A stretch of 64,000 nt of DNA from Euglena gracilis (lineage: Eukaryota), in contig CP154954.1 in the NCBI GenBank assembly GCA_039621445.1, positions 25,432,954-25,496,953 of the forward strand, given 5' to 3'. A program made the translations under genes and the position numbers. A model generated the notes under the pieces. It was not told the DNA's origin, searched no databases, and saw nothing but the letters and a program-made list of their open reading frames with translations. This document shows, piece by piece, positions 26,339 to 39,003 of this stretch (position 1 is its first letter; every line of letters begins with the position of its first letter).

Positions 26339-26466
26339 CATGCAAACTTGGCCCCCCTAAGTTTGGCCCCCCTTGGCCTTACCTTCAATCCTGGCCCAGG
26401 CCAAGCACCCAGGGTGGAGGAACCACCTCCACCCTGGAGGGAGTGTCCACCAGGAGAGGGATCAAT

Positions 26467-26937
26467 CCTCCTCCCCCCTTGTCGTACGACCACCCCACTA
26501 TGACGACCACCCCCCGGTCGCAGGTTGCAGGTTAGGGGGTCTAACGACCCCCCCCCCCGGTCGCAGGTTGCAACCAGGTTGCAGGTCGCAGGTTGCAGGT
26601 CAGAACCAAAAAGAGGCTGGTTTTTTGGTGGTTTTTTTGAGGTTGTATGAAGATGCATATATGTATGCCTCTTTTTCCTGGTATTTTCTATGTTCCCCAC
26701 CGGCGCTTATGTTTTCTAAACCTGCAGGTCTTTCACACTGCTTGCTTCGATGTGTGCCGCACCCATGACGACAGTTCGGGTCCCCATTGACATCGGCCAG
26801 TGAACAACTCATGAACAACGACCACCCCACTATAACGACCACCCCCTGATCCAGGTTTCAGGTTAGGGGGGGTCTAACGACCCCCCCCCCGGTCACAGGT
26901 TGCAGGTACCCGGTTGTATGACAAAGGGGGGGAGGTA
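26467..26937. mobile_element. GTCGTACGAC-family MITE
   Basis: cctcccccttgtcgtacgacc ... ggttgtatgacaaaggggggagg|TA, with internal ggtcgcaggttgcagg repeats. Confidence 0.75.
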
Positions 26938-27518
26938 CCTCCCACCCTCCCCCTCCCCGGGGGTTCCTGGTTATGGGAAGAAATTTGCCAAGAATTGCCC
27001 TTTTTCCGTGACCCTTTTTGTTTTGTTGTGTTTTCGAACCTTTTGGCAACCATTTGGGAGGGCAACTGTTTTTCTTGTGTGCTAGGAAACAAACTTGGCT
27101 CAAAAGTTTCACTTTTTGGCATTTTCTCTCTCTATGATTTATCAAGGATCTTCGTCATTTTTACCAGCCATTTTTTGCCCTTCTGAAATTTTTGGGTGAG
27201 CAAATTGTCCAAACAGGGTGATGACAAGATTTTAAGGGCCATCCACTCTATGATTTTGTTTTTTATCAAATGATTCCTCTCCATTAGGGTTGGCTGCCCA
27301 GAGGGTTTCATGAGGAGAGGTTGATCGGTCGCACAGAAAACAATTTTTTCTTTTGGCGCTTTGCGCCAGAATTTTGTCACAAGAATGTACAAAGAATCGG
27401 CATAGATTGGACCAATTTGCCCAAAGAAAAATCAGTTCGCTCAATCAGTTTTCTCTCCTGCTTTATGTATGTATTCTTATTCATTTATTTATGGATCTTT
27501 TTTTTCTTTTATCTACTT

Positions 27519-27568
27519 ATTCATTCATTCATTCATTCATTCATTCATTCATTCATTCATTCATTCAT
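27519..27568. repeat. (TTCA)n microsatellite
   Basis: Direct reading. Confidence 0.9.
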
Positions 27569-30500
27569 TTTATATATTTATTTATCTCTTTATTTTATAT
27601 ATTTGTGTTTGTTTCGGTGAAGGAGGGTTATTGAGCAACTTGTTTCAATATTGGACCCAGCTGCAAGAACAAGTAATTTATGAGGGCAGGGTGGATGGAT
27701 CCGCTGACCAGTCTGCGGAGAGCATAATGTACAAGGAATTTTTAGGGGTAGGGTGGGCGGGTCTGCCGAGACCCCTCTCCCCGGAGGTTACCCCCAAGCA
27801 GCCAGAGGCACCACCAGTGGGGTTTTCGCCATCTTTGTTCTTTTTTTTTGGCACGAGGTGCCAAATTTTTTTGACCCCAAAGGTGACCCCAAAAAGCGGG
27901 AACCCCAGCTTTTAAGTTCATTTAACACATGTGCATTGCGCGTTGTGTGGGTGTGTGATCACTCCCCCCCCCCCGGGTGTTGGTGGTGGTGCTGGTGGTA
28001 GTGGCTGCGGAGTCTTGTTGCTGTTGTTGTCGTTGTTACGCCGTTGTTCTTGTTGCACCATGAATCCATACATTGTCAGGTCTTTTTTTTTTAAGGAACA
28101 GGGGGATCGGTTGTCCACCCACCCCCCGGGGGAGGGGGGTCTGGGGACCCTAACCAACCCACCCACTCTCGAAAATCCACCCCCACCACCACTACCATTG
28201 GTGACAATCACAGTTTTGATCAACGTTGTTATCTTTTCCGTGTTTTCTACACAGGATTATTTTGACCATTGGTACGACAGGGCGCTTGCCCCCCCCCAGG
28301 GCGCTTGCCCCCCCCCCAGGGCGCTTGGCTCCCCTCCTCCTCACATACAAACTTGGCCCCCTAAGGTTGGGAAGCAGGAGTTGCCATCATCTTAACGTAA
28401 TTGAATTTGAGAATTTTTTCGCCGAGGGAACTCTCTTTTCCAAACCTCGCATTGTTTTGATATCTCCACATCCAAGTTTTCTTTTCTCCCTCATATGTTT
28501 TTTTATGTTTTTTTGGTTTTCTTGCAACCTATATGAAAACAAATGAGCATTGCAGGCTGATCCTGCACTGAGCAAAGGAAGGAGTTGAGCTTTGGGGGGG
28601 GGGGTATATATCTCCTCCCTTCGCAGGCAGGGGCACGCCGTTATGTTTGTAGCAAAAAAAATCGGGCAAATGTTTTCTTGCACGGGTAGCTCCACGGTCT
28701 GCCCTTATCTGCCGCTCCTCTGCATTTCTCCGCTGCCAAACATTTCCTCAATGGCAGTTATTTGAATCACAGGTGGAAGTTCCACCAAGTCCACCGTCTG
28801 CCAAGGGGAGGTATAGCACTGTTTTTTTTTTTGCATTTGGCAGTGTGCTAGTGGCAGCTGCAGGGTTGGTACGGAGGAAGGTCTTTTTTTGGACACATGT
28901 TGGAACCAATTGCCCAATGTAACTGACCCAGGATCCACAGTCCAAAATCAAAATTTTCTGGATATTTTTGTCTTCTCCTGTGCATTTCACATGTTAGGGT
29001 TCGCCCGACCTTTGCCAACACAGGGATTTCTGAACCTTGAATCAGATTGCCACCCTTGCCCCAAGGGCACCCTTTTTTGTGGCATATGCAGCAGCAACAA
29101 GGACTGTCTGCCCGGTGCCCATTGCACTGGACGCTGCCAGCCCGCCTTCCCCACCCATTGAATGGATGGCTCACACCCATGGATTCATTACAAACCTGCG
29201 TGACCCCCCCTGGGGGTTTTCCAAGAGTGGGTGGGTGGGTGGGTTAGGGTCGCTGGACTCTCCCCCCCCACCAGGGGTGGGTAGGGCAGTTGTTCAGATT
29301 TTTGCCGACCGAATGCCGGATGGAAAATTTCGGCCGATTTTGGCTGGGTTTTGAGTGGGTGGTTGACCCGCCTGGGGGGGGGGGGTCGTGGGTGGGTGGG
29401 TTTCAAAAAGCTGATGGGTGGGTTGCGAGAGTTCCAGAGACCCCGGGGTAAACTGAGTGAATCTGTGCTCACACCGATGTGGCTCCGTGCCGTTTTGGAC
29501 AGCAACCTGCAACCGGAAGTATTCAATTTGGCTTCCCCAATTTCTCCCAGAAGCAGCATCCTAACGCCTTAGAAAGCTGCGAGGTGGGGTTTCCTTATTT
29601 GTCACGTTAGGAAGAGAGGTCGGCTTCCTACACCCAGCCAGGGTGAAGGAAGGTGAGCCCCCACCAGAAAGTTGTCTTCTGAATAATGCAACCAGAAAAC
29701 ATGCGTGGGTCCAAGGGCGGAGTGTAACCCACCTTCGGACTCTCCTCCCAATCTCCATAGCTTCCTCTGGGATTTGATTTTTTGGTGTTTTTATGTTTCG
29801 CCTGGCAGGGTGCAAATGCATATTTTTGCAGGAGTCTTCTCTTTTTTTTTTCCGTGCGAGGTAACGTGCCCCAATCGCAGGTGCAAGGTCATAATGTGGA
29901 CTGACACGTTATGACCGCACACTGAGAGTTGGTGAGAGGAAGCTGGTTGTGTAAGAGGTTTGATGCCACCGACGCTTTCACTCAAACGAGTCGCAACGTC
30001 GCAAGGCGCGCAGGTTCGCTGGGCTGGTTTCTCTCTCTATATGCCCGATCTACCCCATCTTCATCCAGATCCACGCGTTGTGAATGGCCGCTGTAGATCG
30101 ACGGGGGTTGGTGTGCTCTTTAAAGGGCCTCTGGGAATACGGGGGGTGGGGGCAGGCAAATGGACTGACAGGAAACAGAGGTTGGCTTCTGCTCCGTTGC
30201 CCAGCTCAGCCTGCCTGGTTATTCATTTTCTTTTTTTTTGTGTGCAAGAACCAGGCCAGGGTTCGATATAAGCGTTTGGTGGAGGGTGTCCCCCCCTGGA
30301 CCAGAGGGGTGGTCCGGACAGACCCTGGGGGGGGGGCACCTGTAACCCCCCAAAAGGTCAAAAATTTCCCTGGCACTTTGCGCCAATTTTTTTTGCATTT
30401 TTGACAATTTTTTGTCAAAGAGTGCCCAAAATGGCATGTATGGCCAGTTTGGGGGATCAAAAATTTTCGGCCCGGCGCTTCGGCCAAAAATCGGTCACTG

Positions 30501-33500
30501 GACCGGCCACTGTTTAGGTGGGGCCCCAGGCATTATTAATTACTTGACGATTGACGATTTGTTCTTTTCGTGGCACGCCTTTTTTGAATGCCCAGTTCTT
30601 CTTGTGTCACAAAGGGTGCTGAGATCTGCGTGAGATGTGTCGCCCTCGAACAAATGCGCTGTCAGAAAGTGATGTTCTTTAAGATGGGGGGGCAGGCTTT
30701 GTCCGGGACGGGGTGATATTGTTGCTTCCCGGGAAAAGCCTGCCAAAAGCTGAAATAATCGGGTATGCAAACTACCTCTCTTCCCCCTGCCCAGGACACA
30801 CCATGTCGTTGACACCTCCCCTTTTCCAGAACACTACTTGAGGCTTTTCATTGAACGACAGTGGCGTTGAGATGCCGTGTCGTTGGCACACACACCCCGT
30901 GTCAACAGCACATAGGATGCCCCCATCTCCCCCCCCCCCCGGGCGCTTGGCCCGGGCCATGATTGAAGGTAAGGTAATGTAAGGCCAGTTGGCCAACCTG
31001 TTGGGGGTCCAAATTTGCGTGTTAAGAATTTTGGTGGCCATGTGCAAAAGGCCGAAGTTAATTTTAGGCGGCCAAGTTTGCATGTAAGGAGGAGGGGGGC
31101 CAAGCACCCAGGGGGGGGGTGGCAAGCGTCCAGGGGGGGGGAGGTAATTTTGGACAAACCTCCTGCAAGGAGTTTTTTTTGGAAAAAATGCATCGTCCAA
31201 ATTAGAGCCCCCTTGGGATTATTCAGCAACGGGCCAAAAAGGTGGACCGGTCCCCTGTTTTGCAGGGTTAAGGCGGGGGAGGTTCGGGGGACTCACACGG
31301 GGGGGGGGTCAATTGAGGGCTAAAACTTCCCCCGCTTCGTGCCAGGAATAGAGCAAACCATCCCTTTCAGGGGGTATTCACTTGGCCTGACCCACCCCCC
31401 CCCAACTTTTTGGAGGAAAAAACACCTATTCTGGGAGATTTTCATAGTATTTTCACAGTCTTATGTGATTGAGGAGAGTTTGAGGGGTCCAGCTTTTGGA
31501 CTTTTGCTGACAATCAGTCTTTATTCGGGGGGGGGGGGCTTGTTTCGAGAGGAGGGTGGCCGGGTGGGTACTAAATTCCACACCACGTTTTTCTTCTTTA
31601 ATTTTGGTGATTTGGCCCTGCACTGGGTCAAATGGCGCCAAGATCGCACAGAGAGAGAGGGCGTTGTTTTTTGCCACCCTCCCAATGGCAATAGTGGGTT
31701 CTCAAAGCATTGCTAAGCCTTGGCCGGGGGAGGACAGTTTTCTTCAAGACCTTCTGTTTGAACACAATGGTGCATGTCACGGTGGACAGTTGTCGCCCAC
31801 ACATGGCCAGCCGGCGTCACTTTGGGACGGGTGTGCCATAAGCAGTTTCCATGCGTCCAGGGGAAAATGTGCAGCAAAATGTTTCATTTCTTTTCTCAGA
31901 TGTATGATTTTCTTTTGCTTTTTTCTCTCTGATTTCGCGCCTGTTTCGCACTTTTTTACTGAAAGTGTACTTTTTCTGCATTAAATGTGCATTTTTTATG
32001 CCTCTTTTCCTGAGTTTTCCGAGCCCCCCCCCCCCCGCTGCCCCTCCACTCCTCCTCGCCCCGTGCAGCAACCACTCCAGCCACCGCACCCACCCCCATG
32101 CCCAGCCCACCAGGCGGTGGGGAACGCTGCACTGCCCGGCCTCCTCCTCCTCTCCGCCTGCCGGGTGTCGTGGGTGTGTCGGGGGTGTGGCCTGCCCCTC
32201 TGCGGCTTTGGACCGGGAGGTCTTCCTCGCCGCGGTCATTGCTGCGGAGGGGCCACCCCACTCCCTCTGCCATTCCTCTGCCGTGGACGACCTGCTGGCC
32301 CCCGAGGGAGTCTGAAAGGTCAGTGGCAATGGCCGGTCTGGACCCCAATTCTCTTCTGGGGGGGGGGGCGTTGTGGGGCCAACCCTCACCCACCCCAACG
32401 CCGCTCAAAAAAACTGGATCGTTCACTCAAACTTCAGGCTTCCACCGTTGTTGTTTTTCTTACGTTGGGACTCCAGTTCCTTCCCTCATCCTTCCCATCT
32501 TTTTTTAGGGCTGTACAAAGGGCTTTCGTTGGCACTTTTGATTGCTATTTATTTATTTATTTATTTATTTATTTATTTGTTTTATTTATCTATTTATTTA
32601 TTTAGAGGCTGGTTTTTTACGAATACTGGGAGGATGTTGGGGGCCGCGCCACCTGCTGGTTGATAAAATCTGACTGAAAAACGTCCTGGCTCAGAGAGCG
32701 ATTCCTGGAGAGACTAATTAGACGAAACGCCCCACACCCGGGGTGTGTGGGCCGATGGGGTAGAGGCAGGGCTGCCGCAAGCCCGGTGTTGGGCAAATGG
32801 GACCCCCGTGGTTTGCAGCGGCCAACCCAGTGTCAGCATACTGCCTGGTGGGCGTGCAGGGACGCTGCGGTCGTAGTCTGCGGACCCCAGCGCTCCGTGA
32901 TGCGGTGGCTTCGGTCTACGCCCAAATTCTTTCCCACCTGCCAACCGTTTCGACTATTCTCGCGCATCGTTCTCGTTGGTCTTTCTTGCACAGCATTCGA
33001 TGATGGCAGATGGCAGACAGCAAAATGCCCGGCAAGAGGGATGATCCCAATGCAGATGAAAAGTTGTTCAGATGCGTCACTTTTTCAGTGTTTCTCCCCC
33101 TCCAGAGGTCGCCTGACCTTTCTGAAACAGCAAGTTGTTTGACTTTTGAATGAACAATAGCATCACAGCAAATGATATTGTTATTGCTTTTCCCCAGCGT
33201 GATCCTTGTTTTGTTCGCAAAAGAAATGACTTTATCATTTTGCCTTTACAAGGCTGGCCACCCTTCATCCAGACGTTGCCACCATACAGGATTTTTTGGT
33301 CACGAAAATAGTTCAAGGAATTTTTTCCTTAAATTAAAAATTGAAAATTAAAAATTATCGTTGGATTCCTTTTTTTTTACCGCTGTCCAATTTTATGTCT
33401 TCATTTTTCAGCCCACAGCTCCCGCAGGGAGGTAGCCAGCCCAAGTTTCGGGCCCTGCAACCCCCCCCCCCCGTGGTCCTGAAAGAGATGATTGGTTGAT

Positions 33501-33784
33501 ATACCAGTGCACAGGCATAAAAGTCTGACCATGGCTCAGGTGCTTTCACTTTCAATTAATTGATGTCAATTCATTAAACACAACCGGACAACCACATGAA
33601 CGTTTAGGAGAGATTTTTGGAAGACGTTTGAGAAATTGAAATCAGGTTGCCTAGGTTGACTTGACGACAGGAGAAATAGGCCTGCACCGAGGGGTTGGAC
33701 ATATTTCACCGTCCTAGTAAAAAAAAAAAAAGACGGTAAATGGTTTTAAAAGGGCCAAAGCAGTCAAAGTGGCCAGAAAACAAT

Positions 33785-34047
33785 TCCCCCCCCCCCTTGT
33801 CGTACGACCAACCCTCATTTACGACCACCCCCCGGTCACAGGTTGCAGGTCATGGGATGTTATGACCACCCCCCCCCCCGGTCACAGGTTGCAGGTTACG
33901 AAAAATTTAACACCACCTTACCTACGGGCGCCCCCTCATTTACGACCACCCCCCAGTCACAGGTTGCAGGTCATGGGGGTGTTACGACCCCCCCCCCGGT
34001 CACAGGTTGCAGGAACCCGGTCGTACGACAAGGGGGGGGGGGGGGGA
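33785..34047. mobile_element. GTCGTACGAC-family MITE nested in a CAAAAGTGG-family element
   Basis: cccc...cttgtcgtacgacc / ggtcgtacgacaagggg... inverted ends. The host element's right TIR cagaggtgcttg is at ~34363-34374. Confidence 0.85.
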
Positions 34048-34750
34048 GAAGCAATCAAAAGCATACCTAGTAGTAGCCGCAAGCCAAAAGCGGCCAAAGG
34101 TGGGTGAAATTGGGCAAAGGGGCCAAAAGTGGCCAAGAGTGCCAAAAATTGTTTAAGTGGGCAAATGACCAAAAGTGGACAAAAGTGGATGAAGTGAATG
34201 CAGATGCTGCAGTGGATGCTGTGGATGCAGATTTCTGAGTGGATGCAGATACCGGAGGTACCACCACCAAACAAAAAGCTTCAACGGCGATGCTGGGCGA
34301 TGCTGGACGAAGCTGGACGATGCTGAGCGCTGGGCGATGCTGGGCCCAAGGGCATGGCTGACCAGAGGTGCTTGCTGGTACCCCAAAGGTCAAACTTGCA
34401 CTCCCCCTGCGGTTCTGAGTCACCAGACGGCATCCTGTCTGGGTGTCATTTATTGGTATTTTTTCAAAAGAGTACCAAAATAATAATTTTAGTATTATTT
34501 TAATTTATTATTATTTTATTTTCAATGGAACTGGAAACCAGCCTCCGCGGAGCCTCCACAGAGCTTTCGCGGCGGCTGCTCCAGGTAACCAAAAGCCCAG
34601 GTGGCCCTTTTTGTTGTGTTTTGGTTGTTGTGTCGTGTTTTTGTAGTTTGAGTCGAAAGGCACCCCCCCCACGGGGTCGGTCAGAACGCCACCCCCCCCC
34701 CCCCGGCTGCAGACCTCACGTGCCCTCCGACCCCCTCCCCCAGGCTGAGG

Positions 34751-34869
34751 ATGGGCTGCGCTGCCTCGCACGTCACGGCCACCGCCCGGTCGGGCCCCCT
34801 CGCGGCCTCCCCGGCGGAGCCCTCACCAGCAGGCTCTAGCCTGCCCCCGGTCGATGTGCCGAACTTTTC
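34751..34869 (+). CDS. Gene B exon 1: hypothetical MGCAAS-type protein, paralog of gene A
   Basis: cccctccccCAG|gctgaggATG; MGCAASHVTATARSGPLAASPAEPSPAGSSLPPVDVPNF(S). Too short for the ORF track. Confidence 0.7.
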
Positions 34870-35609
<740 letters not shown>

Positions 35610-35775
35610 AATGAACCCTCACCCGGGACCTCGACAGGGTGGCAGGCCCTTCCTCTGTAGCGGACCTCCCAATCGGGCTGACGATCATCCTGGAGACCAA
35701 CAAGGAGGGCTTTGTGCAGGACGAGGGGGAGGAGGAGGAGGAGGAGGAGGAGAAGTCCCCCAGCCAGGCCATCCT
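35610..35775 (+). CDS. Gene B exon 2 (frame across the GGA/GAG run ambiguous)
   Basis: MNPHPGPRQGGR...CSGPPNR...DQQGG matches gene A NPNVWLEQVGR...CSPPSR...DQQGG. Ends T|AAACAG (CAG at +4). Confidence 0.6.
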
Positions 35776-36105
35776 AAACAGCAGAAACCAGTAGTTGATT
35801 TTTACTACAAATTTCACGATCCAAACTTAATCCAGCCCTCGAATCAAACATCCACGTGTCGTTGTTTTTTTTTTGCGGGGGGGGGGGTTCGTCCGAACAC
35901 AAATGGCTGCAAATCGGGCTGGGACGCACTCTGCCACCCAAGGATGGATATTGACATTGCGTTTGGGGGGGGGATAAAACCCGTTATATTAACCCCCCCC
36001 CTATATACTCGATAAATCCGAGAAAACGGACACGGAGGAAAAACTGAGGGCCATTCTGGGGCCGTTTTGGGTCATTTCCGACCAGCTTTGGCCCATGTTT
36101 GCCCC

Positions 36106-36402
36106 GCTCCAGCAGGTCCCTCCTCGACCCGCTGGTGCCCCCCGAAAAGTGGTGACGGTTGCCGCCGTCGGCCGGCCGGCGGGCCTGCGCCCATCAGCCT
36201 CCGCACGCTGTCCGAGGCCACGGGGCTGAGCGCCTCCCCGTCCTCCGCGTCCCTCAAACCGCCCCTGCGGCGGGCCACGCTGCTGCGGTTCCGGGTCCGG
36301 GCCACCCCGGGGACCCCGGCCCAGGGAGGTGCGGGGCGGGGGCCCGCGGCGGCGGCCAAAGGTGGTTGGCGGGGGGGATCGGCTGCCGGGCTGCCGCTGG
36401 GC
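36106..36402 (+). CDS. Gene B exon 3 (5' edge approximate)
   Basis: Very GC-rich; PAPISLRTLSE...LLRFRVRATPGTP...GSAAGLPLG, homologous to 10167-10385. Confidence 0.7.
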
Positions 36403-37712
36403 ATTTCAGTTTGCATTTGGCAGCAATGAGTTTGATAAGCCCCATTTGCCTTGTTTCCCCCCCCCAATGGATGGGGGACCCGTTCAGCACCCTTTTTCTC
36501 TCCTCTCTGAAATTCCATTCCGATGCAGTGCCCCAACGCAGCATATCATGAGGATGACAACCATCACATCGCATGTCTTTCCCGGTCAGACCCTAACCCC
36601 CCCCCCCCGGAGGGGTCCAGTTTGGGCCAGCCTGGCGAAAGTTGGACTGGACCGATGGAAAGTCCGCACAACGCGCCAAATTTTTCCAAAAAGGGGGTCA
36701 AAATGGCCAAAAATGGCATTTTTGGTGGTTTTTGGGGTCTGCACCTCCCAATTGTGGCTGAAAGTGCCAACCCGAGTGGTTTGGGCGTTTTGGGGCATTT
36801 TTTGGGTCCCACCAGGTACAGCCAGCACCTTTTTTTTTCCAGCTAGCACCTTTTCCCAGCCGGCCCGCGGGACACCCCCCCGCGGATCTTTGAGAAAACC
36901 GCTGATCCGGGTTTCAGAGCCCCCGAAACATGCAATGGCAGTTTACTATATTTGCAGTGGTTGGTTTTGGGGGGAGAAAATGGATGCCTCCCGAAGCCGA
37001 AATCTGTGTTCTGTGGTGCATCTTGTGAATGCGCATTGCGGTGATGCGTTGTGGTGTTGCACGTCTGAGTGATATTTCCTTGCCGGCCTGCTTTGCACAA
37101 ATTGTTGTGCTACCTGCACCCCCCTGTCTGCAGGGCAGACAGCAAACCACCGACTCCCCAGCCGTTCACTTACAAAATCTCTGCCATGGGCCCGGCACGT
37201 GCGTTTGGTTGCATCCATGTGACTGTGATGGCGCCCGCAAAGTGCCAAGACTCGGGTTGCAACACATGGTCAGGTATGTGTGTGTGGTGGCCAGACCATT
37301 GGTTAACACCTGTCCCACCCTAGCTCCCCCTGGTTTTTTTCGGAGTGGAAAGTGACCCCCCCTTCCCCCCCCCCCCGGGGGGTGCTAAGCAATGGTGTGT
37401 GTTGTGGCCCCTCGCTCTGTCCGCCGGGCTGGGGCTCGTTCCACCGCAGCACGCCCTCCACCCCACGGGGAACCAACCCCTGGGGGTCCAACCGGCCACC
37501 ACCTTCATTCGTGCCAGCAGCTCTCAGCCGGGCTGCGCTGCGGGCGCTGAAATGATGGGTGGGCCAGCCTGGCACAGCCGCGCTGAGCCGAAATGATTGG
37601 CAAAGAACTGTTGCGCAAGCTACTGGTAGTTTTTTTTGAAGAGTGTCAAAATGGCCTGGAGGGGAAGGTCCGGTCCGACCCCCCCCCACCTCCATGTATC
37701 GAACCCTGCCTT
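36403..37712 (+). other. Putative non-conventional intron
   Basis: C|ATTTCAG...CTGCCTT|G: Y|R ends, 4+4 nt outside CAG/CTG, phase 0 on both sides. The 3' end tatcgaaccCTG is the reverse complement of the MITE terminus CAGggttcgata seen at 30257. Confidence 0.5.
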
Positions 37713-37888
37713 GTCTTGCCCCCCCCAAAACCACCCTCCCCCCTCCAGCAGCAGGCATCCCCCGAGGCTGACGGGTATGGGCTGGCCGTGGGGGGCCGGC
37801 GGGGCCCGTGCTGTAGCGTGGCCCACCTCCCCGAGGCCTGCCCCAAGGCCACGCACCTCGCCCATCGCCCCGCCCAGGCTGGGGTACG
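37713..37888 (+). CDS. Gene B exon 4
   Basis: VLPPPKPPSPLQQQASPEADGYGLAVGGRRGPCCSVAHLP...AGV(R), homologous to 10771+. Donor cg|GTAACT. Confidence 0.65.
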
Positions 37889-38761
37889 GTAACTTGTTTG
37901 TGGACCGCTGGGGGCCATCCCCGAACCCCCCCCACCCCGCTTGATGAGTGTCATGTGATTGATGGTGGGTTTGTTGTGGTGGGTTGGTTCATTTCAATGT
38001 ATCGAGTGTTGGTGTCTTCCATTGGGTGAGAAACAACACCAATCACCACACCAAACTGTATGATGTGACGCCTGTTTTTTTTTAAATAAGTCGCATCCGT
38101 AGTAACTCCCTCATCAATCTTCCTTCAAGTTCACGGTCATCGGTGGTGGGCTCTATATTTGGCCTTTCTTGGGTAAGTTTTTTTTCCTGGTTGTGCCAAT
38201 TTTGGGATTGCTCAGCCAATTTCAACCGTTTTGGCCAATTTTTGGGGAATTATATGGTCACCTTGAAAGATTTTTTTACAAAAAAAAATTGGTCGAAATT
38301 ACCAAAATGCACCACTGCTGCCCCGTGCGCTACAAGGCTGCTGAACGTGGACCTCAAAACGGGCCACAATGGTTGAAAATGGATCAGTTTTTGTGTGCAA
38401 TAATTTTCACCTCCCAATCCAAAATGACAAGAAAACCACCAAATAATTCTGATCTTTTTTTCATAGCATTTTCCTCCGAGTTTTTCTACACCTTTTGGGG
38501 AAGCCTTTCCCTTTGATGTTGAAATATCCATCAATGGTTCTTCCAATAAAAAAATCTTTTTTTTAAGTGTGGCCACCCGGGGGGGATGGGTACTGGCCGA
38601 GCCTCCGCCAGAATTTTTTTGATTTTTTTGAATTTTTGAATTTTGACCCCAAATTTCACCCCCAATTTTGGGTCCCCCCAGCCCCCCCCCCCAGGGGTGG
38701 GTCCGGACCCCCCTCCCCCGGGTCCTAAAATACACCTCTGAAACCTTTAGACTTTTTTCAG

Positions 38762-38912
38762 ACAAACCTTCAGACAGTTCTCACAACGTCGGAATATCCT
38801 CCCGCCGCCTGCCCGCACCCGCATCGCCCCCCTGGTCTCCCCCCGGCCCGGCTGCCCCGCCAAGGCCTACGCCACAAGCCGGCGGCTGTCCAAGCTGGAA
38901 CTCACCGCCTGA
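38762..38912 (+). CDS. Gene B terminal exon
   Basis: Conventional GT-AG intron 37889-38761 (cttttttcAG), phase 2 consistent. QTFRQFSQRRNILPPPARTRIAPLVSPRPGCPAKAYATSRRLSKLELTA-TGA. Confidence 0.7.
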
Positions 38913-39003
38913 CCGCCGCGCCTTCCGCTCGCCCTTCTCCTGGTGCCCTGGACCCTCCGCCCTCTGGGGCATGCCCCGTCCTTCCCCCGTTGGTCCACAC
39001 TTA

